The notes: generated by a model not told the origin, from the letters alone. 64,000 bases of DNA from Bacteroidales bacterium (GCA_020438105.1 JAGQVE010000011.1:8451-72450), one strand, 5' to 3'. Positions 26,382 through 36,848 are shown, numbered from the stretch's first letter. Program-made: numbers and translations.

Positions 26382-27218
26382 ATGAAGAGGTCAGCTTTAT
26401 TCATTATAACTTTTATATTCCTGTACGCCTGCTCCACCGTACCCATAACAGGCCGCAAGCAACTGTCGATTATCCCCAACAGCCAGATTTTACCATTGAG
26501 TTTCGACAGCTACCAACAGGTTTTGAGTGAAAGTAAATTGTCAACCAATAAGGAGCAAACAGCCATGGTTAAAAAAGTGGGGGTTAAAATTGAGCAGGCT
26601 GTTGAACAGTATATGACCCAGCATAAAATGGCCGATGCACTGGATGGTTATGCCTGGGAATTTAACCTGATACAAGATGATGCCACCGTAAATGCCTGGT
26701 GCATGCCCGGCGGCAAGGTGGCCTTTTACACAGGCATCATGCCCATCTGCCGTGACGAAGCGGGAGTGGCTGTGGTGATGGGACACGAGGTGGCCCATGC
26801 CATCGCCAATCATGGCCGTGAGCGGATGAGCCAGGGACTGGTTCAGCAAATGGGAGGCGTTGCACTGGCTGTTGCGATGCAGGATAAACCGGAAGAAACA
26901 CAGGCTTTGTTTTTTGCAGCTTATGCTGTTGGAACGACTTATGGAGCGATGCTGCCCTATAGCCGTTTACACGAATCGGAGGCTGACAAGCTGGGATTGA
27001 TATTTATGGCAATGGCAGGTTACGATCCGCATGAAGCACCTAAATTTTGGGAACGAATGGCAAGTCAAAGCGGGGGAAGCCAACCACCCGAATGGATGTC
27101 GACACACCCGTCGCATGAATCGCGCATTCAGGCATTGAATGATTATATGCCTACTGCAATGAAGTATTACAATAAACAGCAGAAGCCAACAACAAAAGGT
27201 GGGTTGATCAAAAGATAA
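26382..27218 (+). CDS. M48-family zinc metallopeptidase lipoprotein
   Basis: Lipobox FLYACS. HEVAHAIANH (HExxH) plus a downstream ESEAD glutamate motif. Confidence 0.85.
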   Translation: MKRSALFIITFIFLYACSTVPITGRKQLSIIPNSQILPLSFDSYQQVLSESKLSTNKEQTAMVKKVGVKIEQAVEQYMTQHKMADALDGYAWEFNLIQDDATVNAWCMPGGKVAFYTGIMPICRDEAGVAVVMGHEVAHAIANHGRERMSQGLVQQMGGVALAVAMQDKPEETQALFFAAYAVGTTYGAMLPYSRLHESEADKLGLIFMAMAGYDPHEAPKFWERMASQSGGSQPPEWMSTHPSHESRIQALNDYMPTAMKYYNKQQKPTTKGGLIKR

Positions 27219-27420
27219 ATTAAAGACAAGTTTTATTGTGATTCTTTTCAATTAAACTTTAGGTATCAAGAATATGAGTGGATTTCTTAATAGGAATCCT
27301 GGAATCTCGACATTTTAAAAAAATTATAACTTGAATATCAAATATTGCATTATTCCGATCTTCCAGTATTTTGGCATTTCCTCCAATTTCCCTTAAATGT
27401 CCTCCGGGAAAACGACTACC

Positions 27421-27924
27421 CTACCTGCCATAATTCTCCTTAAGCCCTTCAATAATTTCATACACTGCCGGACAGGTCTCAGTATTTTTTAAAGTCAAGT
27501 CAATTATTTGGTGAAACTTACGACGATTGGTGTGTGGATATTCTGCACAGGCCTTTGGTCGTACTTCATAAATGAAACAGTAATTATCTTCACCTAAAAA
27601 AGGGCATGGCATCGACTTGAAAACATAATCTCCGTCCTCATCAATGCGCAAATAATTTGCTATCAAGCCATCAGGTTTTAAACCAAGAAACTTAGCGATC
27701 CGGTCAATGTCCTTTTGCAATATCCGCGGCCCCAGCGTCCGGCAACAGTTTCCGCAATCAAGGCAGTTTATCCGATTAAAGGCCTCAGTGTGCAAGTCGC
27801 TCACAATCCGGTCAAGATTCCCTGGTTTTTTTGATTTTAATCGCGCAAGAAAGGTTTTATTCTCCTTAAGTTTTTTATTCGCATCCTGTTTTATTTTTCC
27901 CGGATCAAATTTCATTTTCACCAA
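27421..27924 (-). CDS. YkgJ-family (UPF0153) cysteine-cluster protein
   Basis: CLDCGNCCRTLGP, followed by CPFL...NYCFIYEVRPKAC, is the characteristic CxxCxxCC cluster. Confidence 0.7.
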   Translation of the reverse strand: MVKMKFDPGKIKQDANKKLKENKTFLARLKSKKPGNLDRIVSDLHTEAFNRINCLDCGNCCRTLGPRILQKDIDRIAKFLGLKPDGLIANYLRIDEDGDYVFKSMPCPFLGEDNYCFIYEVRPKACAEYPHTNRRKFHQIIDLTLKNTETCPAVYEIIEGLKENYGR

Positions 27925-27987
27925 TTAATCGTACGCCAGATTAATATGCCTCACAATAATGTGTAAATTTCATAAAATTTTTAGTTG

Positions 27988-27995
27988 TATTTTTG
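27988..27995 (+). promoter_or_regulatory. -7 promoter box (TATTTTTG)
   Basis: Exact TAnnTTTG match 53 nt upstream of the mscL ATG. Confidence 0.3.
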
Positions 27996-28048
27996 CAAAC
28001 CAATCCCAACTAATCATTCACAAAACTAAAAATTAAAAAATTACCACT

Positions 28049-28441
28049 ATGTTAAAAGAATTCAAAGCATTTGCCATGCGCGGAAATGTAATCGACATGG
28101 CTGTAGGTATCATTATTGGTGCTGCCTTCGGAAAAATTGTGACTTCACTTGTTACGGATGTGATCATGCCTCCAATTGGCTTGTTGCTGGGTGGCGTTGA
28201 TTTTAGTGAAATTATGATAACCTTAAAACAAGCTGTTGGCGAAGAACCTGCAGTAACTATGAATATTGGTGTATTCATTAATACTGTTATCGAATTTATC
28301 ATTGTAGCCTTCTCCATTTTTATGGTTGTAAAAGGAATGAACTCAATGAAAAAGAAAGAAGAAGAAAAACCGGCCGAACCACCTAAACCAAGTGAAGAGG
28401 TTGTTTTACTCCAGGAAATACGCGATGCATTGAAAAAATAA
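28049..28441 (+). CDS. mscL: Large-conductance mechanosensitive channel
   Basis: [44 protein letters not shown] is a near-consensus MscL N-terminus. 130 aa. Confidence 0.9.
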   Translation: MLKEFKAFAMRGNVIDMAVGIIIGAAFGKIVTSLVTDVIMPPIGLLLGGVDFSEIMITLKQAVGEEPAVTMNIGVFINTVIEFIIVAFSIFMVVKGMNSMKKKEEEKPAEPPKPSEEVVLLQEIRDALKK

Positions 28442-28450
28442 TATGAATAA

Positions 28451-28477
28451 AAGGCCGGTTATCAACGGCCTTTTTTA
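28451..28477 (+). terminator. Rho-independent terminator after mscL
   Basis: AAGGCCG / CGGCCTT stem with a short loop, followed by a T-run (TTTTTTATT). Confidence 0.6.
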
Positions 28478-28511
28478 TTGCTTTTTGATACTTTCTATTT
28501 TCTCCAGGTGA

Positions 28512-29738
28512 TTAATTAAAAATTATACTTTCTGTAATAATATCAACATCCAATTTTATCAATACATAATAAACACCGGGAGAATGATCAGGCAGTTGAA
28601 CATTTATTTGATCGGTATTTTTCCATTTTCCATCAAATATACAATCCCCGTTTAGTTGAAAGATCTTCATTGTAATGAATTGGTTAACATTTTTAAGTTT
28701 AACAAAAAAATCTCCACTCGTTGGATTAGGGTAAATTTCTGGCCTTTGATTTTCAGTTTTTTGTGGCAATTCTGACAGGGGATTAAAATGAAGGATAGTA
28801 CCATTGTCACCTACAGCCCAGCCCTCAATGGGGCTTAACATTTGAATATCATTCAATTTTTCGGTGGTATTAGATACCTGGGGCGCCCAGGGTAAAAGAT
28901 AATTTGAGTTGTAAATGATCGTTCCGTTGTCGCCACAAGCCCATAAAAAGCTGGTTTCGGGAGCGCCGGATACAGCATTCAGGTTTTCCTCCGTATTTGA
29001 ATTTTGGTCGATGTACTGATACCAATTGTTAACAGTGAACAAAGCAGTTCCTTCATCACCCACAATGCAGCCATTCAGTATTCCAAAATTATAAATATCA
29101 TTCAGATTTAGGATCGGCATCGAAATACCCATTGCCCAGCTCATTCCACCGTTATTGGTGATAAAAAAGGCACCATCGGCGCCGCAGGTTGAACCCAGCA
29201 ATTCATTTCTGAATCCAACGCCAAAAAGTTCGGCATTAACGATCAGTATTCCGGTTTGATCCGACCAGGTATTTCCGCCATCTGCAGTGTAGTAAATGCA
29301 GTTCGTATTGAGTTCTCCTTTGGAACCAACAGCCCAACCTACATTATTATCGATAAAAAATACATCATTAAAACGGTTAACGTAGGTATGTTCAACAAAA
29401 AGCCAGTAATTCCCTCCATCATTTGTGACCAGGATCAGGCTACTTTGAGTATCTTCATTAATCCAGCCAACAAGGCAGCCATGCAAGCTATCAGAAAAAA
29501 AGATAGCAGCAGCATACATGTTTGAAACAGGAACCATAGGCAACCATAGGTTTCCGGCATTGGTGGTTTCAAGAATGGTTCCACCATCGGAAAGCACGAA
29601 ACCATGATTTGAATCAATGAAAAAAACGGATGTTAAATTTTCTGTGACCGGGCAGGTCACCGTTTGCCATTCAAATTGCGAATATCCAAAAAGGATTCCG
29701 AAGAGCAACAGCACCTGGGTAAGCACAACTTTTTTCAT
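28512..29738 (-). CDS. T9SS type-A cargo: BNR/Ycf48-like beta-propeller with Por C-terminal sorting domain
   Basis: Signal peptide from MKKVVLTQVLLLFG. Repeated TxxxGxxW units (TTNAGNLW, TNDGGNYW, TADGGNTW, TNNGGMSW). C-terminus IYPNPTSGDFFVKL...PGVYYVLIKL. Confidence 0.7.
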   Translation of the reverse strand: MKKVVLTQVLLLFGILFGYSQFEWQTVTCPVTENLTSVFFIDSNHGFVLSDGGTILETTNAGNLWLPMVPVSNMYAAAIFFSDSLHGCLVGWINEDTQSSLILVTNDGGNYWLFVEHTYVNRFNDVFFIDNNVGWAVGSKGELNTNCIYYTADGGNTWSDQTGILIVNAELFGVGFRNELLGSTCGADGAFFITNNGGMSWAMGISMPILNLNDIYNFGILNGCIVGDEGTALFTVNNWYQYIDQNSNTEENLNAVSGAPETSFLWACGDNGTIIYNSNYLLPWAPQVSNTTEKLNDIQMLSPIEGWAVGDNGTILHFNPLSELPQKTENQRPEIYPNPTSGDFFVKLKNVNQFITMKIFQLNGDCIFDGKWKNTDQINVQLPDHSPGVYYVLIKLDVDIITESIIFN

Positions 29739-29833
29739 GGTGCAAAATGTTTGGTTATACAATGGTTAAAAACGCTAAATTTACGAAATTAAACGCTGAA
29801 AGTCAAGCACTTTAACCCAATTTACGGAATAAA

Positions 29834-30682
29834 TCACGGCAGCAATAATTTTGCCTCTACAGGTAGATGATCAGAAGGGCATTTTTCACCACAATTAAAA
29901 TCAATGCGGGAATATAAAATCTTAATATTTGATGTTACAAAGATATGATCAATGATATCGCCGTATTTACCTGTAAAATCAGAACCAACAAAAGAATACT
30001 CAGGACCCGTTAACGAAATTTGAGGAGCTTGTCTTGCATCTACCAGGGAAGTTGTCGAATTTTCCGCAGTAATCAACTCATAAGGCTTTGACCCCTTTTT
30101 GCAATTAAAATCCCCACAGAGAATAACCGGTTCCCCTTTTGCAATTTTTTGAATTTCCATTTTGATCAATCTTGCACTTTCAAGCCTTGCCGTATCCCCA
30201 ATGTGATCAAAGTGCGTATTGAATACATAAAAAGTTTTTCCGGTTTCGATCTCTTTCAGATGCACCCAGGTGGCAATTCGCACACAAACTGCATCCCAGC
30301 CCTTTTTGCCAACAATATCAGGGTTTTCCGAAAGCCAGAAAGTATTTGTTTTTAAAATTTCAAATCGGGTGGTATCATAAAATACGGCTGAAAACTCTCC
30401 CGCTTTTTTGCCATCATCACGCCCAACACCTATATGTTTATACCTGTCAAACTCAAGGTCATAAACTTGATTTATCAACGCCTCCTGCACACAAAAAATA
30501 TCAGGATTAATCCTCTCCAGGGTTTCGATAACACCAGCCTTTCTCGCTGACCAGGGGTTTTCTGTGTTTGAAGGATTATCATACCAGATGTTATAACTGA
30601 TCACAACGATTTCCTTTTGAGCAAAAAGGGCGGCAATTGCGAAAAAGCAGGCAATGAAGATTAAAAATAGCTGACGAGGCAT
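29834..30682 (-). CDS. Endonuclease/exonuclease/phosphatase (EEP) family protein, exported
   Basis: Signal peptide. Motifs SYNIWYD, CVQE, NTHFDH, GDFN, SDH. Confidence 0.8.
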   Translation of the reverse strand: MPRQLFLIFIACFFAIAALFAQKEIVVISYNIWYDNPSNTENPWSARKAGVIETLERINPDIFCVQEALINQVYDLEFDRYKHIGVGRDDGKKAGEFSAVFYDTTRFEILKTNTFWLSENPDIVGKKGWDAVCVRIATWVHLKEIETGKTFYVFNTHFDHIGDTARLESARLIKMEIQKIAKGEPVILCGDFNCKKGSKPYELITAENSTTSLVDARQAPQISLTGPEYSFVGSDFTGKYGDIIDHIFVTSNIKILYSRIDFNCGEKCPSDHLPVEAKLLLP

Positions 30683-30707
30683 GAATAAAATTTAGGCCAA
30701 ATGTAAG

Positions 30708-32153
30708 CTATTTCGTTCGAATAAGTTTTTTAGTAATTCTTAGATCTCCTGCTCCAATTTCACAAAAATAAACACCGGGGCTAATATCCTCATGGATGTT
30801 GATTTGTTGCCTGCCCGCTGACATTTCCGATTCATAAATTATTGAATTCAGGCTTCCGGTAATATCAAAAATCTTTATCCTGACCAGTATTGGCCTGTTT
30901 AGCGTAAAAGTAAGCGTTGTTTTTTCATCATATGGATTGGGCTGCAACTGAACAGATTCAAAAGGGAAATCATTACCTGAACTTACGCTGCTTGGAGAAA
31001 CAGGTACAAGTCTCGTAATGTATAAGCCGGTTGTGTAAGTTCCTGTGGAAATACTACCCACAGTGATAAAGCCACCATCGTCAAGCTCCTTTATATCATA
31101 ATTGTACCTGTTGTGCTCACCATCTCCCCACAATTTCGTCCATAATGTGTCGCCATCTGAGGTGTACCTCACAATAAAGCTGTTCCACATACCCTCATGG
31201 TAAGTACCCGTAACTGCATATCCTCCGTCTGCAGTTTCACATGCATTATAAGCTTTGTCGTGGTAGGTTCCGCCAATGGTGTGTGTCCATCCATTCTCCC
31301 CGGTTTTTACCACGTACCAGTTGTTATCCAGGTTATCATTGTTTTGATATCCACAAATCAGATAATGCCCATCCGTGGTTTGCAGTAAACGATAAGCTCC
31401 TTCGTACATGGGCCAGTTTTCACCATAATTGGTAAATGACAACAAGGTTCCAAGCGGTGTGGTCTTCATGATGAATGCATCGTAATCATAATTGGTAGTA
31501 TATGCCTGAGTTTCGCCTGTAATAATAAAATCTCCATCTGCGTTCACCTCCACCCACAAACCATATTCCGCCTTACCTTGCTCAAAATTGTAGTGCTCTT
31601 TCCATTCAAATGCACCCAGAGGGTTTACTTTGGTTAAAGTAATATCATAACCATTATAGCCATCCCACCAGATGGAACCGGTCATAACAAAGCCTCCTTC
31701 CATAGTTTCGGCAATGCAAGCCGGTGAATCCGATTCATCATTGGCACCCACTATGGAATACCATTCCTGCTGACCATCTTCATTGGTTTTAACCAATAAG
31801 TTATCTGTATATGACGAATTAGGCGGATCCTCCATGGTATTTCCAGCCATCATAAAACCTCCGTCGGAAGTGCGAATCATGCAATTCATCGTTTCACTGA
31901 TCCCTTCAAAGCCGTAAGTATATTCCCATACCAAATCGCCTAATGCATCTACTTTAGCAATGTAAAAATCGCGGTAACCGTTTACACTTTTGTATCCGCC
32001 CACCACAAACCCTCCATCCGATGTGGCAAAAACCGATTTTCCAACATTGCCGCTAAGCATTCGTGTCCAAAGTGTATCCGGAGCCTGGGCAAATAAGGAT
32101 GAAATTGAATAAATTATAATGATGATAAATGCTGACAGGTATGACTTCTTCAT
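30708..32153 (-). CDS. T9SS type-A cargo protein with repeated DGGF beta-propeller-like units
   Basis: Signal peptide. At least 6 repeats of the type T.DGGF...G. C-terminus QPNPYDEKTTLTF...PGVYFCEI. Confidence 0.65.
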   Translation of the reverse strand: MKKSYLSAFIIIIIYSISSLFAQAPDTLWTRMLSGNVGKSVFATSDGGFVVGGYKSVNGYRDFYIAKVDALGDLVWEYTYGFEGISETMNCMIRTSDGGFMMAGNTMEDPPNSSYTDNLLVKTNEDGQQEWYSIVGANDESDSPACIAETMEGGFVMTGSIWWDGYNGYDITLTKVNPLGAFEWKEHYNFEQGKAEYGLWVEVNADGDFIITGETQAYTTNYDYDAFIMKTTPLGTLLSFTNYGENWPMYEGAYRLLQTTDGHYLICGYQNNDNLDNNWYVVKTGENGWTHTIGGTYHDKAYNACETADGGYAVTGTYHEGMWNSFIVRYTSDGDTLWTKLWGDGEHNRYNYDIKELDDGGFITVGSISTGTYTTGLYITRLVPVSPSSVSSGNDFPFESVQLQPNPYDEKTTLTFTLNRPILVRIKIFDITGSLNSIIYESEMSAGRQQINIHEDISPGVYFCEIGAGDLRITKKLIRTK

Positions 32154-32290
32154 TGTACTTGTTTTTGATTGAGAAAATGGTTTTTAAAGAGACATAAAAA
32201 TACAACCTAAAATCCTGATTGTCAAGTTTTATTTGGAGTATTTTACGGTGTAAAACAGATCCTTTAATTTAAAATAGGAAGGAGTACTAC

Positions 32291-34798
32291 TTAATTAAGA
32301 AGGTCGTTCAGTGAGGTGATTTTAAAATCAAAATCTTTAATGAGATCGGTGGTAGTAAAGAACACTGTTTTTTCCTCACCAGGCAATAAATCGAAAAAAT
32401 TGTCGGAAAAGTGCCCATCGAAATTGCAGAAAAGAAAAACATTTTTTGCAAGTTTATTGCTTTGGATTTTAATGGAATATCCTTCCGCTGATTGGGTAAC
32501 TTCCTTTTTGATTCGAACATCCGGCAAATCCAAAGCTTTAGGTGGCACAAAATAATGCAGGTTTCTTGCTATGATTTCATTATCAGAATAAAGCGCTGCA
32601 ACCAGCACTTGTTTACTATTGATAACGCCAGATATATCAACGTTTTGGAAAACGCTCGAAGCAGCGGATTTAAGCAATACAGCTTGTTGATCCTGCCAAA
32701 TAATGTTCCCTGTAAAATCAATGATCTTTAATTTCAGATCGGCATCAAAATCTTGTTGCATATCAGAAATTCCATAAATTTCCAACCCATTTTCATTCTC
32801 TTCAAATGAGATCAGAACATCTTTATATAATTCCCGAACCTTATAATGCAAGGCTTTCCAGCGATTATAATAATCGATGCTGCTCCATGAAATCACGGGC
32901 CAGCAATCATTTAACTGCCAGTAAAGTGTGCCCATGCAATGCGGCATACTTCGTCGTTGTGCTTCAATTGCTATTCCTAATCCATAAGCCTGAACCAGCT
33001 GACTGACATAGAGGTAATCTTCAAAATCGTCCGGAACCGGGAAATCGCGTTCCATATAAGTTTGTATCAATTGCATACCCCGTGGATGCTTCTGATGATT
33101 CAAAAGAGTTTTGGAATGCAGGTTAAGTTCGTGAGGCAGGACGCAGGAATCAAGGGTTCTTAAATCAGGAAATCCCTGGAAGCCAAATTCACTCATAAAT
33201 CGCCCAACTTTCTGCTTGTAAATTTCGAATGGTTCTTCGCCCCACCAAACGCCCCAGTAGTGCATATCACCTTCGTACAAAGCGTCTTCATGTCCCCATC
33301 CGATTTTAGGAGAACTGGGCGTATATGGTAAATTGGGGGAATATTCTGAAACAGTTTTCGGAAGTATCTCCTCGAAAATTTTCAGATAATTGTGCCAAAC
33401 TTCAGTCGAATCTGACAAGGAATAATTTAAGGCATCCTGCCAGCCCCAGTTAAACCATCCTTCTGAAACTTCGTTGTTGCCACACCATAAAGCCATGGAG
33501 GGATGATTTCGCAGACGCTTCACCTGGAATTCAGCTTCCTGCTTAACATTTTCAAGAAATTCATCATCACCGGGGTACATGTTGCAGGCAAACATAAAAT
33601 CCTGCCAAACAAGAATTCCCATTTCATCGCACAAGTCGTAAAACAGATCTTTTTCATAAATACCACCTCCCCATATTCGCAACATATTCATGTTAGCATC
33701 CACAGCCTGTGCGATGGTTTGCCGGTATTTATCATCGGTAACGCGAGCCGGAAAATTATCCTGGGGAATATAATTGGCACCCTTTGCAAAAAAAGGAAGC
33801 CCGTTGATTTTAAAATAAAACGATTCACCGATGCTATCTTTTTCCCGCGCCAGTTCAATCTGCCGAAAACCAAATTTAAGGCTCTTTGAATCGATTGCGT
33901 TTTTTGTAGAAACCGAAAGATTTAAATCGTACAAAGTTTGATCACCCATGCCATTGGGCCACCAAAGTTCAGGGCCATCTACCACTATTTCATTTTGATA
34001 GTTGTTTATGCCTTGGCTTAAATCAATTTCTTCAGAAAATGTGTACCTGCCCATTGTTCCCTCTATTTTTGCAGGGCCATCGATTGTGCTTTCAAATTCA
34101 GCATATATATTGACCTTTGCCTCCAATTCAAGCACATCGCTGGTTTTTACAGTTAAATCCTCGATTCTGACTTGATTCCAGCTTCGTAGATAAACAGGTT
34201 GCCAAATTCCCATGGTAATAAACTTAGGCCCCCAGTCCCAGCCATATTGATAAGGTGCCTTGCGTGTAAAACCTCTCGTATCGGGCAATTTATAGGGCAA
34301 CTGACTCGCTTTTTCTGACTCTATTTTTTCGGGTGGGTAAAACTGAACCATTAGTTCATTGTCCTTTTCTCTTAATAAGCTCTTTACTGGAATTGTCCAT
34401 TGCCGAAACATGTTGTTTGCCGTAAGAATCAATGAATCATTCAACCAAACTTTAGCATATGTATCAAGGCCCTCAAAAACAAGCTCTACCTGATCATTAC
34501 CAATGATTTTATCGGCATTAAATGTTGATTTGTAAACCCAACCCGACTCACCAATCCATTGAAGCTGCTGCTCGTTTGAACCAAAAAATGGATCAGGGAT
34601 TTTTTCGTTTGCCAAAAGATCAGTTTGCACTGAGCCTGGAACCGTGGCAGGAAGCCATTCAGTTGAAGAATATTGATGGAATTGCCAGTTTTGTAAAGGG
34701 ATAGAACTGATTTTGCTTTTATCGGACTGGCATGATATCGAAAGAATCAATAAAGAAATGATATAATTCGCAAATAGGAGATAACCAATTTTGTTCAT
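32291..34798 (-). CDS. Glycoside hydrolase family 2, beta-mannosidase-like
   Basis: 835 aa, signal peptide. N-terminus WLPATVPGSVQTDLLANEKIPDPFFGSNE is typical of beta-mannosidases. NMLRIWGGGIYE and WCGNNE catalytic-region motifs. Confidence 0.8.
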   Translation of the reverse strand: MNKIGYLLFANYIISLLILSISCQSDKSKISSIPLQNWQFHQYSSTEWLPATVPGSVQTDLLANEKIPDPFFGSNEQQLQWIGESGWVYKSTFNADKIIGNDQVELVFEGLDTYAKVWLNDSLILTANNMFRQWTIPVKSLLREKDNELMVQFYPPEKIESEKASQLPYKLPDTRGFTRKAPYQYGWDWGPKFITMGIWQPVYLRSWNQVRIEDLTVKTSDVLELEAKVNIYAEFESTIDGPAKIEGTMGRYTFSEEIDLSQGINNYQNEIVVDGPELWWPNGMGDQTLYDLNLSVSTKNAIDSKSLKFGFRQIELAREKDSIGESFYFKINGLPFFAKGANYIPQDNFPARVTDDKYRQTIAQAVDANMNMLRIWGGGIYEKDLFYDLCDEMGILVWQDFMFACNMYPGDDEFLENVKQEAEFQVKRLRNHPSMALWCGNNEVSEGWFNWGWQDALNYSLSDSTEVWHNYLKIFEEILPKTVSEYSPNLPYTPSSPKIGWGHEDALYEGDMHYWGVWWGEEPFEIYKQKVGRFMSEFGFQGFPDLRTLDSCVLPHELNLHSKTLLNHQKHPRGMQLIQTYMERDFPVPDDFEDYLYVSQLVQAYGLGIAIEAQRRSMPHCMGTLYWQLNDCWPVISWSSIDYYNRWKALHYKVRELYKDVLISFEENENGLEIYGISDMQQDFDADLKLKIIDFTGNIIWQDQQAVLLKSAASSVFQNVDISGVINSKQVLVAALYSDNEIIARNLHYFVPPKALDLPDVRIKKEVTQSAEGYSIKIQSNKLAKNVFLFCNFDGHFSDNFFDLLPGEEKTVFFTTTDLIKDFDFKITSLNDLLN

Positions 34799-34813
34799 CT
34801 AAGACTATAAATT

Positions 34814-35113
34814 CTAAATTCTTCCCTTCCAGTTTTTTGGCTCACGTTTCATTTGTAAAACACCAAAAATGATAACTTTATCTGGCTTATCTATTTTAAA
34901 ACAAACCAGGTATGGAAATTTTCTTGTTATTGCTTTTCTGACTTCTCTAAATTGGGGGTTATAAATCTCAGGTGTTTTTTGGAGAATATATACAACTTCG
35001 GTTAGCGAAATAAAAAACTCATCGCCTAATCCAGGTAATTTGTCTTCGTACCAATCGACAATTTCTTCTACATCCTGAAGAGCTTCCCTACGAAATTCAA
35101 CCTGAAACGTCAT
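34814..35113 (-). CDS. Type II toxin, RelE/ParE family
   Basis: 99 aa with a ParE-like pattern (F...A..D...I..Y ... P.....R.....FPY...F.......V.I..V). Its ATG overlaps the upstream antitoxin stop (ATGA). Confidence 0.75.
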   Translation of the reverse strand: MTFQVEFRREALQDVEEIVDWYEDKLPGLGDEFFISLTEVVYILQKTPEIYNPQFREVRKAITRKFPYLVCFKIDKPDKVIIFGVLQMKREPKNWKGRI

Positions 35114-35325
35114 AGTTTGTCCTGGATTTTCTTTTTCACCTCTTCCCAGCTAACATTATCATCAGGATTTGATTGATAAGATTCATAGCGGTCTTTCAGT
35201 ATTGCTTTATGTTCCTCACTTAAATCCGCATTAAGCGCTTCTTCTGCTATGCTATCCCAAATTGTTTGTATGAGATGTATACGTTTTTCAACACTAAGTT
35301 GCAATATTTCCTTGAGTTTAGTCAT
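35110..35325 (-). CDS. Putative addiction-module antitoxin (TIGR02574-like)
   Basis: 71 aa. LSVEKRIHLIQTIWDSI ... LSEEHKAILKDRYESYQSNPDDNVSWEEVKKKI matches the family pattern as I recall it. Confidence 0.75.
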   Translation of the reverse strand: MTKLKEILQLSVEKRIHLIQTIWDSIAEEALNADLSEEHKAILKDRYESYQSNPDDNVSWEEVKKKIQDKL

Positions 35326-35401
35326 TTGGAAGTTTTAAACAAAAATAACGAATCTTAGCTATTTTTAGTTAAAATTTCAGGAGTATTATGAATTTTTGGT
35401 A

Positions 35402-35965
35402 TCAGGAAAAAACAATTAAAAATACAATCGGTAAAATGATTCCGAGGGCGATGTAAATACCACCGCGACCCACAACTCCTTTTTTGCCACGTACCATAAA
35501 CAGGGATGTTATGGCAAATAAAATCAACGCGCCGGCAAAAATATCAGAGAACCACATCCACCATGCATTTGGATTGTAATGCAGAAAGTTAACCTGGTAA
35601 AAAATCTGGCGTCGGCGCAAAAACTCAGCTGTTCCGGTACCGGTTTCCACATCCATAAAAATGGAAGAACCCCCGGATAAGAATATTTTCATATAACCAG
35701 GTTCGGGGTAATAATAGCTTTTGTAATCATTTCGCAAACCCTGTTCTTCCAGGAAATTCAACACATTTGTTTTTACCTCTGGCGATTTATGTAAATCGAT
35801 ATTGGTTTCAACACTTTTAAGTTTAACATGGTAATTTGGATTCCAGTCTTTTAAATGATTGAGTGCAATTCCCGAAAGCCCGTAAATAATGCTGGCTCCC
35901 ACAAAAAAGAATCCGATATCGCGGTGTAAAATCCGGCTCCACTTTCTGATTGTTTTCATTGGCAT
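35402..35965 (-). CDS. PepSY-associated TM-helix domain protein
   Basis: WSRILHRDIGFFFVGASIIYGLSGIALNH N-terminal helix and a C-terminal pair of TM helices. Confidence 0.65.
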   Translation of the reverse strand: MPMKTIRKWSRILHRDIGFFFVGASIIYGLSGIALNHLKDWNPNYHVKLKSVETNIDLHKSPEVKTNVLNFLEEQGLRNDYKSYYYPEPGYMKIFLSGGSSIFMDVETGTGTAEFLRRRQIFYQVNFLHYNPNAWWMWFSDIFAGALILFAITSLFMVRGKKGVVGRGGIYIALGIILPIVFLIVFS

Positions 35966-36060
35966 CTTTAATTTTAAATTTTAAAACCCTGCCGCTCAAT
36001 TCAAACTTTTACAGGCAAATTGAACAACAGGGCTATAAGAATTACCCGGGAAGAAAAAGT

Positions 36061-36621
36061 TTATATTTCTTCTTCCTGTGGTTGATCTGCTGGTTCTTCC
36101 AGCACATCCAGGTTGAGGTACTCAATGGAATAAAAAGACAGGTGATCAACACCGGCTGTTGCCATCGAATCACGGTAAAACTGAATTTCAGCTTTTTTTC
36201 GGTCAAATAATTCATCCTCCGTTTGGCCTTCGCTGTGACTTTTTACGTTGTCCTCTTCCATTTTCAGGCAGTAGGCTTCATCCACGCGAAATTCGCGTAC
36301 AATTCCTTTAACGTTAACTTTACTGCCTTTTAATGCCTCATCAAACCTGGTATCCGAGTCAATATGAACATCACCTTCATCATCTACAAGGAATAATTTT
36401 TTACCGCCATGTTTACAAACATGATCCACAATTCCGGCAACCATGATCTCCTGATCAACAAAATCAGCAGCTTTTGATTCAAATTCGCCAAGCGCAATGG
36501 TTGGTGTTTCAGTAGCTTCAACAGAAGAAGTTTCATCATTTTGCCCTTCATCGTTTGCTGCACCTCCGCAAGATGCCATTACAAAAGCAAGAGCCATTAA
36601 TAAAAATAAGTTCCTGATCAT
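36061..36621 (-). CDS. Hypothetical lipoprotein
   Basis: Lipobox VMASCGG, acidic linker, no recognised domain. Confidence 0.5.
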   Translation of the reverse strand: MIRNLFLLMALAFVMASCGGAANDEGQNDETSSVEATETPTIALGEFESKAADFVDQEIMVAGIVDHVCKHGGKKLFLVDDEGDVHIDSDTRFDEALKGSKVNVKGIVREFRVDEAYCLKMEEDNVKSHSEGQTEDELFDRKKAEIQFYRDSMATAGVDHLSFYSIEYLNLDVLEEPADQPQEEEI

Positions 36622-36818
36622 TTTCTTGTTTTTTTAAATTATTTTAGATTTTAGTTTTCTCAATGAACTGAATTAAAGTCAATTCAGTATGATTGTATTT
36701 TCTGCAAAGATAATCTTTCAAGTCATATTTTCATTCAGAATGAATCTAAATTAGCATACGCAGCAATCCTCATTTTCTTTCACTATTTATTTCATTATGA
36801 ATTCTCTGCCGGGAATTT

Positions 36819-36826
36819 TATTTTTG
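36819..36826 (+). promoter_or_regulatory. -7 promoter box (TATTTTTG)
   Basis: Exact TAnnTTTG match 22 nt upstream of the mutS2 ATG at 36849. Confidence 0.3.
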
Positions 36827-36848
36827 CAAAGCAAATTTTGTAGATAGG

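Noticed and set aside
35950-36210. 86-aa plus-strand ORF spanning the gap between the PepSY and lipoprotein genes.
   Set aside because: Both of its ends overlap better-supported minus-strand genes. The translated sequence has no features.
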